Of a stretch of 64,000 nucleotides of DNA, positions 50,496 through 63,349 are shown one piece after another; position 1 is the first letter of the stretch; each line of letters begins with the position of its first letter. This DNA comes from Diadema antillarum (taxonomy: Eukaryota), in NCBI RefSeq assembly GCF_040938485.1, contig NW_027271416.1, positions 62,001 to 126,000 of the forward strand, read 5' to 3'. Under the pieces are notes generated by a model. The model ran no database searches. It saw only the letters and a program-made list of their open reading frames with translations, and was not told where the DNA came from. A program made the position numbers and the translations under genes.

Positions 50496-52299
50496 TGTAG
50501 CGTTATCTCGCACTCAAGCGAGCCTTCTACACAGAAGTGGTTAAGATTCAGTCCAAACGCACGCGTGCACCAATCAGACTCTCCACTCGACGAGCCCAAT
50601 GATCACAGGCACCAATTTCTTTACTATTCAAACACTAATAGCATCTTTATTGGCATTCTTCTTTAGCAGCGTCGAGCTGGCATGTGTAAGCATCAGCTGC
50701 ACATAAGCGTGGTTCACTGCAAGTGAACAGAAAAATACAATACAAATACATAATAACGTTTGCATTCTTTGTACTCTGTTACAATTCTTTGTTTCTTCTT
50801 CAATTCAACTAATTCTGTTACCTTATTTAACAGTGCACATACAATTTGCGCAGTATATACATAGCCTAAATACTCCTGGCTCAACTGAGTCAGTGTATTC
50901 TTTCACTAACATCGAAACTTGCAAGCTTCTTCCAGCATTGCATAAATTAGATAACAACTTCCACAGTACACTACATTTAGTGCAATAAAGAAGGAAATGG
51001 AGGATTAATTGGAAGAGAGAGAGAGAGAGAGAGAAGGCTGAAGCAAGGTACAGAACATAGGAGGAGAGGCAAAACTGTGATAAAACAAAGAGCCTGTTCG
51101 TTCAGACCTCTTTTCGTAGTGAGCTAATCCCTTCCTGCTCTGCTACAAACCCAAACATTGGAAGAGGCACATACAATCAAGATGCTCCTAAACAACTTCT
51201 GTAGGAGGTGCACTATTCTACATCACAGACCCGTAACACGATAGAAAGGTAAAATTCGCCTTTTTCTTCACTACATCTGAGCTTATATGCTCATAGAAAA
51301 TATACAGTGCATAATGAAGAATCATTTCATTATACCACAACTACGTCGTAAGTTAAATTGTAAGATATATGCCATCTACCCAACTCCACAAGCAAAGTAT
51401 GCTGCAACTGGGTCTGAAAAGCTAAACTAATCTCGATTTATGTACAGAGGGTTTTACTGCCTCTTGGCTGGACAATGACATTGTCCACCTACACTGCCCC
51501 CATACACCTGAACTTGTATCAAACTTTGGGCATCGTATTCTCTTTGTTCTTACAGCATGCTATATACAATACACTGTGACTCATACTGTCATGTTCACAC
51601 ACAAGGTAAAAAGCTGAGATTACAGCTAGGAGCTGTTCACACAGCACTTGTTATATACTGCACTCTGCTCCTGCAAGCCAATTCACATTTCATATAGTAT
51701 CCGGAGCAAACTTACATCTACAGTAGGACACTTCATTGCAACAATATAAGACATATCATAGCTTTTGATTCTGCCTATATATCTGCAAACAGATATAGCA
51801 GCTAAATCACTCATATACTCAATCAATATTTACTAGAGAAAGGTTGAACAAATCATATCAATCTGCGAGATGTCTTTCTTCTTATTTTCTCCTCTGCTAT
51901 GTAACCTTTCTGTGCATGAGGAACACAGATACTATATACAGACAATAATATTGACTAAATTATAACATTTGATGTTTCGTGCAACTGCCTTTGATCAGCC
52001 ACATCTCAAATATATAGAAATTTGGACAGAGTTATAACTTACCGACTGTTATCCGTCCCTGACTTCACAGACTTTTTCACTACACATCTCTGCTGGGGTG
52101 CAAGTGGTCCTTGCCTCACAAAGGATGATGTGCCAACTGCTGGTGTGGCACAATGTTACCCCTCTCCTCAGAGGGATTATCTAAGGGATTTGGGGGTGCC
52201 ATACCTATTTAAACACAGTACTTTTCTTGAGGGCGACCAAGGGGTGGGACCCCTATTTGGTAACTGATTTTCATGGAAATAATACTTCCTGCCGCTACA
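50496..52299 (-). repeat. 3' LTR (1804 bp)
   Basis: Direct repeat of 56503-58306 (offset 6007); TG...CA ends; AATAAA on the minus strand at 50646-50651. Confidence 0.96.
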
Positions 52300-52522
52300 T
52301 ACCGGCCCCAATGAGCCTACTACAGAGGGGTCATTTTCAATATTACTTAGGAGCGGCATTCTAACAATCATTCATACTTAAATCATAACAATATCTCAGG
52401 TTGAACACGAAAGATAAACAATATACTACACTCATGTTCAACTGAGATCTCAAATAACAACCTGATGTAGATTTATTTCCCAACTACAGCTTCTAGCAGG
52501 CAAAGCTTGGAAATTGGTCTTT

Positions 52523-52778
52523 TCAGGAATCTAGATCAACCTTGATTTCTACCTGGCGGACTAACCCGTCCTTCCCTGGGAACACCTCGACTACCTTTCC
52601 AAGCGGCCACTGTCCCCTCGGAGCATTGTCATCTGCCACAAGGACTAAGTCATTTATGGCCAAATTCCTACGTGGAGTCAGCCATTTCTGTCTTTCTTGT
52701 AGCAAAGGCAAGTACTCTGCTTGCCATCTCCGCCAGAAGGCCGACGCCAAGTACTGAACATGTTTCCACCTGTGCCTC
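52523..52778 (-). pseudogene. Out-of-frame C-terminal BEL integrase tail (DUF5641-like)
   Basis: [32 protein letters not shown]...APRGQWPLGKVVEVFPGKDGLVRQVEIK. Confidence 0.88.
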
Positions 52779-55700
52779 CCAACTCAAATTTCGCCTGCAT
52801 AGGTTCTGAAGGAGTATTTTTGCCGGAAGCACGAATGGAGCCAGAAAACCCAAAGGATCGTAGAGAGAACTTGCAACAGACAAGATCCCACGTCTTGTCA
52901 CCGGCTTGTCCTTTACCTGAACCTCAAACTTGAAGGAGTCTGTTTGCACATCCCACAATATGCCTAATGTGCGCTCCACAGGCATCTCTTCCAAGTCTAG
53001 ACTCAAGACTGAAGCTGCCCTATCAGCCTCTGGAATTGTGGTCAACACGTCACGATCATTGCTGATCCACTTCCTCAAGTGGAATCCACCCTTGGCAAGC
53101 AAACTTCTCAATCCTTGCACAAGACTCTCAGCTGCCTCCTTCGATTCGACAGATTTCAGGCAATCATCGACATAGAAATTTCTCTGGATAGTTTTGATTA
53201 CCTCTTCATCATAATCACCCTTGTTATCAGCTGCAGTCTTTCTCAACGCGAAGCCAGCACAGCTTGGTGACGATGTCGCACCAAAGGTGTGCACAGTCAT
53301 GCGATACTCCTGGGGATCCTGCTGTAGGTCACCGTCTGTCCACCACAGGAATCGAAGGGCATTTCTGTCCTTCGTCGACACCTTGACCTGATGAAACATG
53401 GATTCTATGTCACCCATGACAGCGACATGATCCTGCCGAAATCTCATCAAAACACCTGCAAGATTGTTAGTTAAGTCTGGACCTTGTAGCAACTGCTCAT
53501 TGAGAGATGTACCACCAAACCTAGCCGCACAATCAAACACTACTCTAGCCTTACCCGGCTTGTGTGGGTGGAAAACTGGATGGTGTGGAAGATACCACAC
53601 CACATCCTCTGACTCTACTTCAGACTCTGGTGATGTTGCCTCAGTCTCAACAATCTCAGCGTAACCCTTGTCTATGTACTCTGACATAGTAGATGTGTAT
53701 TTCTCACGGAGGACATCATCTCTCTCAAGCTTCCTCTTGAGATACCTGAGTCTAGCCTCTGCAAGGCCCCTGTTGTTCGGAAGACTCGGAGGACAAGATC
53801 GCCATGGCAAACCAATCTCATAGTGACCATCACTGAGCATGGCACTATTCTGCATCATGGAGAGAGCTCTCTTATCTTCTACAGAGTCACCCACCTTATT
53901 GTCTAGAAGATATGCACCATGGTCTGCCTCCCAAAACTGCTTGAGTTGATTTTGCAGTGGGTCTGGCTGCAGCTGAGTGAAATTTACACTCACATGTTGT
54001 GATCTCTGCTGAGAAGATGTTGGCCCAAAGAGAGTCCAACCAAGTGGAGTACGAACGGCATACGGCTCTTTCCTTTCTCCGCGCCTCTGCTCCAGTACCC
54101 AGAATGCTTCCGGAGTATCTGCTCCTATCAGAATCTGCACCTGTTTTCTTTCGATTGATGGCAAGTGTAAGTCTTCAAGATGTGGCCACTGCTTCACATC
54201 TTGACTACATGGGAATGAGGAGGTGGATATGGGAAGGCAATCAACAGTCCATACATGAGGTAAGTTAATAACATCATCCTCGTCAACACCATTTACAGAG
54301 AGACTTACTTCCATCCCTTTCTTTGACGAAGCCTGCTGATTGACTGAAGTTAACTGAAAATCTACTTCCTTCCCAGCTAACCCTAACTCATCTGCTAGAC
54401 CTTTGCTACATAGCGTGACGTCACTTCCCTCATCTAGCAATGCCCACGTTGTTGCGCTTCGCCCATTACCTTCTACCCTAACAGGCACTACTCGCAAACG
54501 TACGTTCTGTCTGAAAGCATGAGCGCTGTATGTCTGACCACCCCTGTTCCCTACTTCATCAGTAGCAACTGGACCATCCTGATTCTGAACACCCTGATTG
54601 GCATGAGCAGCGTTTTGAGGCTCAATTACATTCTGCCTGTTAGCCTGACTTTGTCTCATTTCTCTATCAGGAGGATGAAGCAGTGAGATATGCCTTTTTC
54701 CACATCCCTTGATCTGGCATGCTGGCTTTGCGAGACAGCCGACGGCCATGTGCATTGGCTGCATGCAGTTATCACACAACTTTGCCTGTCTCGTAAATGC
54801 CTTCCTTTCTTCAAAGGACTTCTTCTTGAACACTGGGCAGAATAGTATGTCATGACTGCCCTGGCAACACTGACATTTTCTCTCAAATTTCTTTTCACTG
54901 CTAGCCGAGGATGGAGGTGTAAATTTGCTACCAGATCCCTGTGTAGCAAATGACATCATCTCGTTGCTCGCCTTTGGCTTTGGAGATTTGATGCTTGCGT
55001 TTGGCTTTAATGCCTTTCCAATATTTTGACCAAACATATTGGTGGCAAGCTTTGCAGACTCTTCTACAAATGCAGTCATGACTTCAAAGTTGGGAACAAC
55101 CCCCCTGCACATCATTGAGTGCGCCCTCTTTGCCCACTCTGCTTGCAGATGTAGTGGGAGCAACTGTTGGATACTTAGAAGGTTATCTGAGCTATTCATG
55201 TCAGCCCCATACCCCCTTTGAGACAACACCATGTGACACCGTTTCATGTCACGTGCCAAATCCCACAATGCATCACCGTCATTAGGTCTGATTTGTTGCC
55301 GAGACAGCACCTTTTTCATGTGGGCGTGGCTCACTTGGTACGACTGCCCAAACTGATCTGCTAGTATTTCCCTAGCCTTTTGGTACCCTTCGTTACCCAA
55401 GAAAGTACAGTTTTCAATACTCTCCTTGGCCTTTCCTCTACAGTACTGAATCAAATATGTCAACTTGACTCTCTCATCACTCGTTTTGGAGGCTACGGTA
55501 GTCTCAAACTGATTGATAAATCCCCAGTACTCTAGTGGATTACCGTCAAACACTGCTATTTCTGGTTTAGGCATGTTTAAAGCCAAATCGATTGCCTGGA
55601 ACAATTGATTTACGGGAGCAATACCGGCCCCAGTTACATCATCATTTCTCTCTTTCTGAAACCACTCAGGAGCACTGGGATTCAAGCCCGAGCTATCACT

Positions 55701-56465
55701 GACTTTGTTAGCATTCTCAGGATTAGATGTTTCCCTATCGTGACTAACTGTCTCCCTCTTTACATCATGACCCCCTGATTGGCCTACCTTTACTTCCCTC
55801 ACAGGGCTACTATGAGACATGTCATATTTAAATTGTACTGAGTCCACCTGAGGTGCGTCGTCATCACTCTCCTCCTCGAGGATCTGCAGCTCCACCTCGG
55901 CAGCCTCTATTTCGTTGTCAGCCTCCATCGCCGCTATCTCTTGCTGAAGTTTAAGCTCCTGTTCCCTCAGCTGTTGAGCTCGATGAAGCTGCTCTCTCTT
56001 CAGTCGTGCTACAGCTGCCTTGGCCCTAGCTTCCCTCAGCCTTGCCGACGATGAACTGGAGTTCGACCTCTTCGATGACCTGATGCTCGATGACGTCGAT
56101 GAGCGGACCGATGTCGCAGATGAATGGACCGATGCCCTGTCGTCATCCTTATCAGCACCTCGATGTCCTGCCGCCTTCTCCAGCCAGCCTTGTAGCCTAG
56201 TGTTGAACTCTTCTTTATTGTTGACGCTGGCATTGAACTTTGCTTCTGCGGTTTCTGCTTCAGCTCCAGACAGTGTGCTATGATATTGGCGGTACTTTTC
56301 TTCATACTGCACAAATACCCCTATCAACTTCTGGTACTTTTCATTCACCGCATCTTTATTTCCAAAGTCAGCCATCAACACTTCGAGCTCCTTGTATAGC
56401 CTCGACAGCCATCCCTGGTGTGCTGACCATGACTGTTTCAGCGATTGAGTTGCCGCATCATCCAT
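52668..56465 (-). CDS. BEL/Pao gag-pol polyprotein, truncated within RNase H
   Basis: Gag [13 protein letters not shown]; three Cys/His knuckles; protease ALLDEGSD; RT YLPHHPV...FYVDD; RNase H start TRRGILS..YDPLG..NLSW, then the deletion junction at ~52779. First ATG outside the LTR is at 56465. Confidence 0.92.
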   Translation of the reverse strand: MDDAATQSLKQSWSAHQGWLSRLYKELEVLMADFGNKDAVNEKYQKLIGVFVQYEEKYRQYHSTLSGAEAETAEAKFNASVNNKEEFNTRLQGWLEKAAGHRGADKDDDRASVHSSATSVRSSTSSSIRSSKRSNSSSSSARLREARAKAAVARLKREQLHRAQQLREQELKLQQEIAAMEADNEIEAAEVELQILEEESDDDAPQVDSVQFKYDMSHSSPVREVKVGQSGGHDVKRETVSHDRETSNPENANKVSDSSGLNPSAPEWFQKERNDDVTGAGIAPVNQLFQAIDLALNMPKPEIAVFDGNPLEYWGFINQFETTVASKTSDERVKLTYLIQYCRGKAKESIENCTFLGNEGYQKAREILADQFGQSYQVSHAHMKKVLSRQQIRPNDGDALWDLARDMKRCHMVLSQRGYGADMNSSDNLLSIQQLLPLHLQAEWAKRAHSMMCRGVVPNFEVMTAFVEESAKLATNMFGQNIGKALKPNASIKSPKPKASNEMMSFATQGSGSKFTPPSSASSEKKFERKCQCCQGSHDILFCPVFKKKSFEERKAFTRQAKLCDNCMQPMHMAVGCLAKPACQIKGCGKRHISLLHPPDREMRQSQANRQNVIEPQNAAHANQGVQNQDGPVATDEVGNRGGQTYSAHAFRQNVRLRVVPVRVEGNGRSATTWALLDEGSDVTLCSKGLADELGLAGKEVDFQLTSVNQQASSKKGMEVSLSVNGVDEDDVINLPHVWTVDCLPISTSSFPCSQDVKQWPHLEDLHLPSIERKQVQILIGADTPEAFWVLEQRRGERKEPYAVRTPLGWTLFGPTSSQQRSQHVSVNFTQLQPDPLQNQLKQFWEADHGAYLLDNKVGDSVEDKRALSMMQNSAMLSDGHYEIGLPWRSCPPSLPNNRGLAEARLRYLKRKLERDDVLREKYTSTMSEYIDKGYAEIVETEATSPESEVESEDVVWYLPHHPVFHPHKPGKARVVFDCAARFGGTSLNEQLLQGPDLTNNLAGVLMRFRQDHVAVMGDIESMFHQVKVSTKDRNALRFLWWTDGDLQQDPQEYRMTVHTFGATSSPSCAGFALRKTAADNKGDYDEEVIKTIQRNFYVDDCLKSVESKEAAESLVQGLRSLLAKGGFHLRKWISNDRDVLTTIPEADRAASVLSLDLEEMPVERTLGILWDVQTDSFKFEVQVKDKPVTRRGILSVASSLYDPLGFLAPFVLPAKILLQNLCRRNLSWEAQVETCSVLGVGLLAEMASRVLAFATRKTEMADST

Positions 56466-56502
56466 CTCGTAGTCGTAAACAGCAAGTCGTGAACTTATTC
56501 TA

Positions 56503-58306
56503 TGTAGCGTTATCTCGCACTCAAGCGAGCCTTCTACACAGAAGTGGTTAAGATTCAGTCCAAACGCACGCGTGCACCAATCAGACTCTCCACTCGACGA
56601 GCCCAATGATCACAGGCACCAATTTCTTTACTATTCAAACACTAATAGCATCTTTATTGGCATTCTTCTTTAGCAGCGTCGAGCTGGCATGTGTAAGCAT
56701 CAGCTGCACATAAGCGTGGTTCACTGCAAGTGAACAGAAAAATACAATACAAATACATAATAACGTTTGCATTCTTTGTACTCTGTTACAATTCTTTGTT
56801 TCTTCTTCAATTCAACTAATTCTGTTACCTTATTTAACAGTGCACATACAATTTGCGCAGTATATACATAGCCTAAATACTCCTGGCTCAACTGAGTCAG
56901 TGTATTCTTTCACTAACATCGAAACTTGCAAGCTTCTTCCAGCATTGCATAAATTAGATAACAACTTCCACAGTACACTACATTTAGTGCAATAAAGAAG
57001 GAAATGGAGGATTAATTGGAAGAGAGAGAGAGAGAGAGAGAAGGCTGAAGCAAGGTACAGAACATAGGAGGAGAGGCAAAACTGTGATAAAACAAAGAGC
57101 CTGTTCGTTCAGACCTCTTTTCGTAGTGAGCTAATCCCTTCCTGCTCTGCTACAAACCCAAACATTGGAAGAGGCACATACAATCAAGATGCTCCTAAAC
57201 AACTTCTGTAGGAGGTGCACTATTCTACATCACAGACCCGTAACACGATAGAAAGGTAAAATTCGCCTTTTTCTTCACTACATCTGAGCTTATATGCTCA
57301 TAGAAAATATACAGTGCATAATGAAGAATCATTTCATTATACCACAACTACGTCGTAAGTTAAATTGTAAGATATATGCCATCTACCCAACTCCACAAGC
57401 AAAGTATGCTGCAACTGGGTCTGAAAAGCTAAACTAATCTCGATTTATGTACAGAGGGTTTTACTGCCTCTTGGCTGGACAATGACATTGTCCACCTACA
57501 CTGCCCCCATACACCTGAACTTGTATCAAACTTTGGGCATCGTATTCTCTTTGTTCTTACAGCATGCTATATACAATACACTGTGACTCATACTGTCATG
57601 TTCACACACAAGGTAAAAAGCTGAGATTACAGCTAGGAGCTGTTCACACAGCACTTGTTATATACTGCACTCTGCTCCTGCAAGCCAATTCACATTTCAT
57701 ATAGTATCCGGAGCAAACTTACATCTACAGTAGGACACTTCATTGCAACAATATAAGACATATCATAGCTTTTGATTCTGCCTATATATCTGCAAACAGA
57801 TATAGCAGCTAAATCACTCATATACTCAATCAATATTTACTAGAGAAAGGTTGAACAAATCATATCAATCTGCGAGATGTCTTTCTTCTTATTTTCTCCT
57901 CTGCTATGTAACCTTTCTGTGCATGAGGAACACAGATACTATATACAGACAATAATATTGACTAAATTATAACATTTGATGTTTCGTGCAACTGCCTTTG
58001 ATCAGCCACATCTCAAATATATAGAAATTTGGACAGAGTTATAACTTACCGACTGTTATCCGTCCCTGACTTCACAGACTTTTTCACTACACATCTCTGC
58101 TGGGGTGCAAGTGGTCCTTGCCTCACAAAGGATGATGTGCCAACTGCTGGTGTGGCACAATGTTACCCCTCTCCTCAGAGGGATTATCTAAGGGATTTGG
58201 GGGTGCCATACCTATTTAAACACAGTACTTTTCTTGAGGGCGACCAAGGGGTGGGACCCCTATTTGGTAACTGATTTTCATGGAAATAATACTTCCTGCC
58301 GCTACA
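56503..58306 (-). repeat. 5' LTR (1804 bp)
   Basis: Direct repeat of 50496-52299. Confidence 0.96.
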
Positions 58307-59149
58307 CCGAGGTAATGCATATCAAAAAGGACACCTAGAAACTAGATTATTTTAGTTATCCTGCATGGAAACGTGTACAAGACTTGAAAAATTCTTATAA
58401 CTTGTGTTGAGCAGAACTAAATGTCGCAATAAATTGGCTAATGTAACAAAAAATTAACAAATGTGCTTTTGGTTATACTCACTTTTATGGCCCTGCCCTG
58501 CTATTTTCTTTTTCGGTTTCATTTTTGTATCCCCTTGAACCACGTTATTTATTTCGCTTCGCTCGCTATGAGATTTAGTTCAGTGTCATATCAATTTTCA
58601 AGAATTGCATTTTGGGTTTACATGACAATGAGGCTTTGTAGCAATTCATCAAACGATTTTTTTCTCACTGCATTGCATTTCATTGATTTTCAATGTCATG
58701 TATGTGGAGCTACAAAACCTTTGTGACTTGCTTGTGACTTCTCGATGATGGTCAGACATGTCATACTCAAAGTGGAGTAAACTGTGATCAGACTGGCAGT
58801 TATATTTTGTTTGTTTAGAGCTTACTGTAGGACGCTCATTATCGAACATATTTTCTTATGCTAGAATATTCTGAACATCCACTGTTTGGTCCTTATCTCA
58901 TGTTAACACATTCAAACGATATTGTTAAAATCAGTACTGAATTGTTTTACCCAAGCACACACACACTTGAACGTTAGATGGATATTTGAAAATGACTAGG
59001 GACTATAGATGAACTGAAGGGCAATAGATTTAGCGAGTTGGAAAGAGCTCAGGATAAATGCAGTCATAGGGAAGTTACAAGTAATGTTGGAGATTCACAG
59101 TCTGCAAGCATTACTCGCCCGAAAGAGGGCGCTCTTCAGCTCATAATTC

Positions 59150-59584
59150 CAGTGCCGTATATTAAAGGGGCATAGTCCCGGTAGTGTAGATGGCGCTGTT
59201 GATGATACTGCCGAAGATTACCGAAGTAGAGCTGTCATCAAGAGTAAAGTGCGTAGGTGTTGCTAAGTAACGTTGCCTTTGTTGTCTTCTCTGCGCATCG
59301 CGCAGTCTGTAGTAATGCCAGGGTGCGTGCATATGTGCTTCTTATTATGACATCACAAAAGAAGTTTGCTAAAGCTGTCATCCCCCTCAGCCGAATCATG
59401 AGCCGAAGTGTGATCGGACCACTGACTACAGAGAATCGGACTTCTTCGGACTCGGGAAAGTGGGCCAAAGCGTAAGCGCCAAAAGAAGTCGATAGCTTAG
59501 GTCTCTATAGGAAACTTGCGCCGTGCGCCCGCGTACGCATTTGACTAAAACACGGGGACCATGCACCTTTAATATACGGCACTG
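59150..59584. mobile_element. 435-bp hAT-like MITE
   Basis: 19-bp perfect TIR CAGTGCCGTATATTAAAGG. 8-bp TSD CATAATTC at 59142-59149 and 59585-59592. Confidence 0.85.
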
Positions 59585-60636
59585 CATAATTCAACCGACA
59601 CTCCGAGCACACTCACTCTTGTCGTGTTACTGCAGCTGTAAATACCCCCATTTTATTATTCTCATTTATTACTCATTACGGTATAGTAACGTATATGCCA
59701 CTTTAGATAATGAAAAAAAAAGAAGAATTACCACAGCCAGAATACTTTGATGTCAAAACCGATTTAAGAGACAAAGTCCATGATTCAAGAATCATAACTA
59801 TCGGCATTTTCAATCAATTTGATGTAAAAGCGCTATGAAAAAGTATACCCATTCATACATTACGTAGGCCTACGCTGCACGGGTTACAGTACCCGGGTCA
59901 ATACAATAATTCCCCCAAGCCACTTTGGTACTTGCAGTAAATATTAATGTAATACGGAATGGCCTTGAGGGGGATACGACATTATGATAATATATTGCCT
60001 GAACTAGAATTGTATTGCCCGAGTCGAAGACTTGCAATGCAATTCTAGTGAGGGCAATTAATATCGTATCCCCCCCCCCCCCCAAAAAAAAAGTAGACAG
60101 TCAATATCATTGTTATTACCCATTTCAGGCATCTTGAGCAGTAAAATAAATCATTACAATGTAAACTCCCCCTTTTTGACACGTAAATCCTATAGGCGTT
60201 TGTAAAGAGGGGGATGTAAGAAATCTACCCCTCTCTCCCTGCTGGCGCTTAAAATGAAGCGAATACAATTTCGTAGAACCACAGCTCAGATGTCTGATCT
60301 ATAATAGCTATTTACTGATTTGATCTGAAGTGCATTTCCCCCAAATAATGTTGTATCATGTACAGCGATATTATCGTTTAAAAAAATGTTGTAACTGACC
60401 CGGTTTTACTTTTGGAATGGTGAATCATCCATAAATTACTTTGACTATTCGACATGATTAAAGTTATTATAAGTGTATGAATATTCATGTGAGTAGGTGC
60501 GGCACATGCATGTGCAGTCCATTATTATTCATCTAAACTTCATTCATATTGGATACTATTCACTTAGAATATCCAGCAAACAATTTTTATTTTCTCACAT
60601 GCTACTGCAGAATGAAATCGTCTATCACATTACACA

Positions 60637-62493
60637 TTATATCACATCAAATATGTAGAGTCTATCTGGAATGCAGAAAGCTATCTCACCACTGTCAAAC
60701 TCTTGTAGATAGAACCAATTTCTTTTCTCTGGTTTTCGTATTTTGAAATCCGTGATGATATTGTGCACGTGCTCAAAATCTCTCGTGTATCGATCGATAC
60801 TGACGAGACCCTCCTCGCGTTTCACCCAGGCTACAATGACCGAATCATCTCTACAAACAGCTGGCCAAGCATATATACCCTCCTTCTTCAAGACATTCTC
60901 CTTCTTCCCGTTTCCATCAAGGCACACGACAGTTGATGCATCGTTCAGTATCAGCTTCATCGTGGTGTGAAAGGAGAATAATTGCTGAGGTGTGCATCCA
61001 TCACACATTATTTCCCTAACTGCCTTACCACCCTGTGGGGTAAATACCTGGATCATTTTGGCCTTCCTATAACTCACGTAAATATTATCATCTCTATCCA
61101 CAGTGAGACCACCAGTCCCTCCTTCATTATAGCTCATCGTCTCAAACGTGACGTCAAGCTTCTCCCACTGACATGACTGAGGGATGTATAGTGACATCTT
61201 TTCGTTTGTATCACGTACAACATATCGACCATTAGACAGGAATTCATTTTGACGTATTTTGACGTCCTTTAGCACTGTCTGCTTTAGCTCGCCATCAGGG
61301 GAGTAGAGATAGATACCGCCTTCAGGCGATCCCACCGCCATCTTACCGTCTGGAGCACGAGTCATACAGTTCATGCTATCTTCACCCGGGAGCTCTACGT
61401 CCGCTTTGATATCCCACGTGTAGCCTTTTAGCTCTCCAAGACAGAGTTCATTGACCTTTACATGTTTACTGAATGAAATCTTCTGAGCTCGTTCTGCCAC
61501 ACCTCTCGGTGATTGGTCGTCAGGATCATCTCGTCCCAGAAAGATCTTCAAGTTCTCGCACAACGTGTCGTGTGCAATCAAGGCGTCTTTCTCTAGTGGT
61601 ACCTTCACACCGTTAGTTACCAGCTCTTCAATAGCCTTCATATGACGAATTGTTTGTCGACTGTCTTCCTCCATGACTTGTAATTCCTTCTCGAATTTTT
61701 CAGACAATCGTTTCACTTGACATTTCAGGGTCTCTCTTCTGGCTGACAATAGTTGCATGTATTCCTCGTACGTCTTGTCGATGTCATCATTGAGTCTTCT
61801 CATCATGTTTGTTATTTCATTTCGCTGTGTCTCTATGGAATCGATATGATTTTCAATGGTTGCTTTCTTTGATTTTGTCCTTTCTTGTAACTCATTGATG
61901 TTTTCTATCAATTTCTCCTCATGGATAGCTGCATCTTCGATCTGGTGCCCTGCTTGTAAGTGCTTTAACACGACGCATTTATGGCAGACGTACTCTCGAC
62001 AATCGGTGCAGAAACACTCTTCATCATCGGTAGGGTGTCTCTTACACTTCCGTCGTCTCTTAAGAGGAACTTTTCCCGAGAGTACCTCACTCATGGCTAC
62101 CACTGTGTGAGTAGAGAACGGTGTCCAGCCGGAATGTTTTGAGTCACATAACTTACACATATATTTCCCACAGTCCTGACAGTAGGTAATAGCTGTCGGC
62201 TTTTCGTCCATCTCACAAGCTGTGCATGTTGGATTCTTGGTTTTCACTTCGTCCACGAGAGAATTCAGGGGTACGACTGTATGTAACTTACTCACATCTC
62301 CATTGGGTAGGGGCGTTTCTTTCCTGCATACAGGGCATGTTATAGCTTGTTGGTTTGGCTGAGTTTGAGAGATGCGTTCCAAGCAGTCTTTACAGAAGGT
62401 GTGAGAACAGGCCAGTGATTTGGGTTGGTTGAATAGTGTCAGGCAAATGGGACACTCCAGATTCTGGCTGATGATTTGATGAAACGTTGCCAT
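60637..62493 (-). CDS. TRIM E3 ligase (RING-Bbox-Bbox-CC-NHL-like), copy 5, 618 aa
   Basis: Intact ORF from the conserved MATFHQ ATG (62493). Acceptor TAG at 62508-62507, 13 nt upstream of ATG. Confidence 0.93.
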   Translation of the reverse strand: MATFHQIISQNLECPICLTLFNQPKSLACSHTFCKDCLERISQTQPNQQAITCPVCRKETPLPNGDVSKLHTVVPLNSLVDEVKTKNPTCTACEMDEKPTAITYCQDCGKYMCKLCDSKHSGWTPFSTHTVVAMSEVLSGKVPLKRRRKCKRHPTDDEECFCTDCREYVCHKCVVLKHLQAGHQIEDAAIHEEKLIENINELQERTKSKKATIENHIDSIETQRNEITNMMRRLNDDIDKTYEEYMQLLSARRETLKCQVKRLSEKFEKELQVMEEDSRQTIRHMKAIEELVTNGVKVPLEKDALIAHDTLCENLKIFLGRDDPDDQSPRGVAERAQKISFSKHVKVNELCLGELKGYTWDIKADVELPGEDSMNCMTRAPDGKMAVGSPEGGIYLYSPDGELKQTVLKDVKIRQNEFLSNGRYVVRDTNEKMSLYIPQSCQWEKLDVTFETMSYNEGGTGGLTVDRDDNIYVSYRKAKMIQVFTPQGGKAVREIMCDGCTPQQLFSFHTTMKLILNDASTVVCLDGNGKKENVLKKEGIYAWPAVCRDDSVIVAWVKREEGLVSIDRYTRDFEHVHNIITDFKIRKPEKRNWFYLQEFDSGEIAFCIPDRLYIFDVI

Positions 62494-63081
62494 GGTGTCT
62501 GCTTGTCTAATAGCAAAAGATTCAAACAAAACAAAACAAAAACAAATAGCGTTAAACGCACCAACGAATACAAGCAGAAATATGATATTAGCATTTATCA
62601 AAATAAAAAGAGAGAAGTTAATGGGAAGCATGGTGTCAAAATTGTTTTGGATTCGTCATAAAGGACGAAGTAATGAAGCGCAATTTAACAGATTTGTGTA
62701 TCTTTGTTCACTATACCTGTTTTCTGTGAATACTTTAAAACCGGGCTCAATAAATTTGATTTTGATGGTTCATTTGAATGGAGGAGATCACAATTTGTGT
62801 AAACTTCGATGGGATGCTTTCATTATTTTCGTCCAGTATAACATCCTTCATTGTTGATTTGAATACATTATACTTACTCAATTCTGGATGACTCCCCACC
62901 CCCCCCCCCCATCATCCCCAATAACACACCCACAAATCAAGCAAATGAATATTATTCAAACAACAAACAAAAGAGAAAGAATAGTGACGGATTTTTTTCA
63001 ACATAGGCCCACTTCCTTGCTTCTGCTGAGGCAAATGCCAAATTTTTGCTTCCAAGTTATCAGATACCAACAATGCAATTC

Positions 63082-63349
63082 ATTTCAATTCATTTCAATT
63101 CAATTCAATTCAAATCAATTTATTCGGAATTTTCTGCATTGAGCATAATTTTACAAATGATATACAGTCATTTTTTTTTTCTAACACAATAAGGAATACA
63201 GTCTACGTACATCCAAACATTATTGAAGTTTATGCGTACAATGGGCCGTTAACAGATTGAAGAATAGAAAAAGAAAACACGTCGTTGGGAGCTACTCAGG
63301 ATAGTGTGAAACAGATGGTCTGACTGAATTATGGTACATGTATTGTGGG
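63082..63349 (-). mobile_element. Probable 5'-truncated LINE 3' end with (TTGAA)n tail
   Basis: Minus-strand AATAAA followed by (TTGAA)n. ATGCAATTC at 63073-63081 and 63350-63358. Absent at paralogous ~27430. Confidence 0.45.

Larger units (their letters stand above)
50496..58306 (-). mobile_element. BEL/Pao LTR retrotransposon, internally deleted, 7811 bp
   Basis: Two 1804-bp LTRs (TGTAGCG...CGCTACA). 5-bp TSD CCGAG at 50491-50495 and 58307-58311. Domain order gag-protease-RT-RNaseH-integrase. PPT-like GGGGCCGG next to the 3' LTR. Confidence 0.96.

Noticed and set aside
56466-56606. Upstream extension of the gag-pol ORF into the LTR
   Set aside because: It starts at a non-ATG codon inside the LTR U5 region; the first plausible ATG is 56465.
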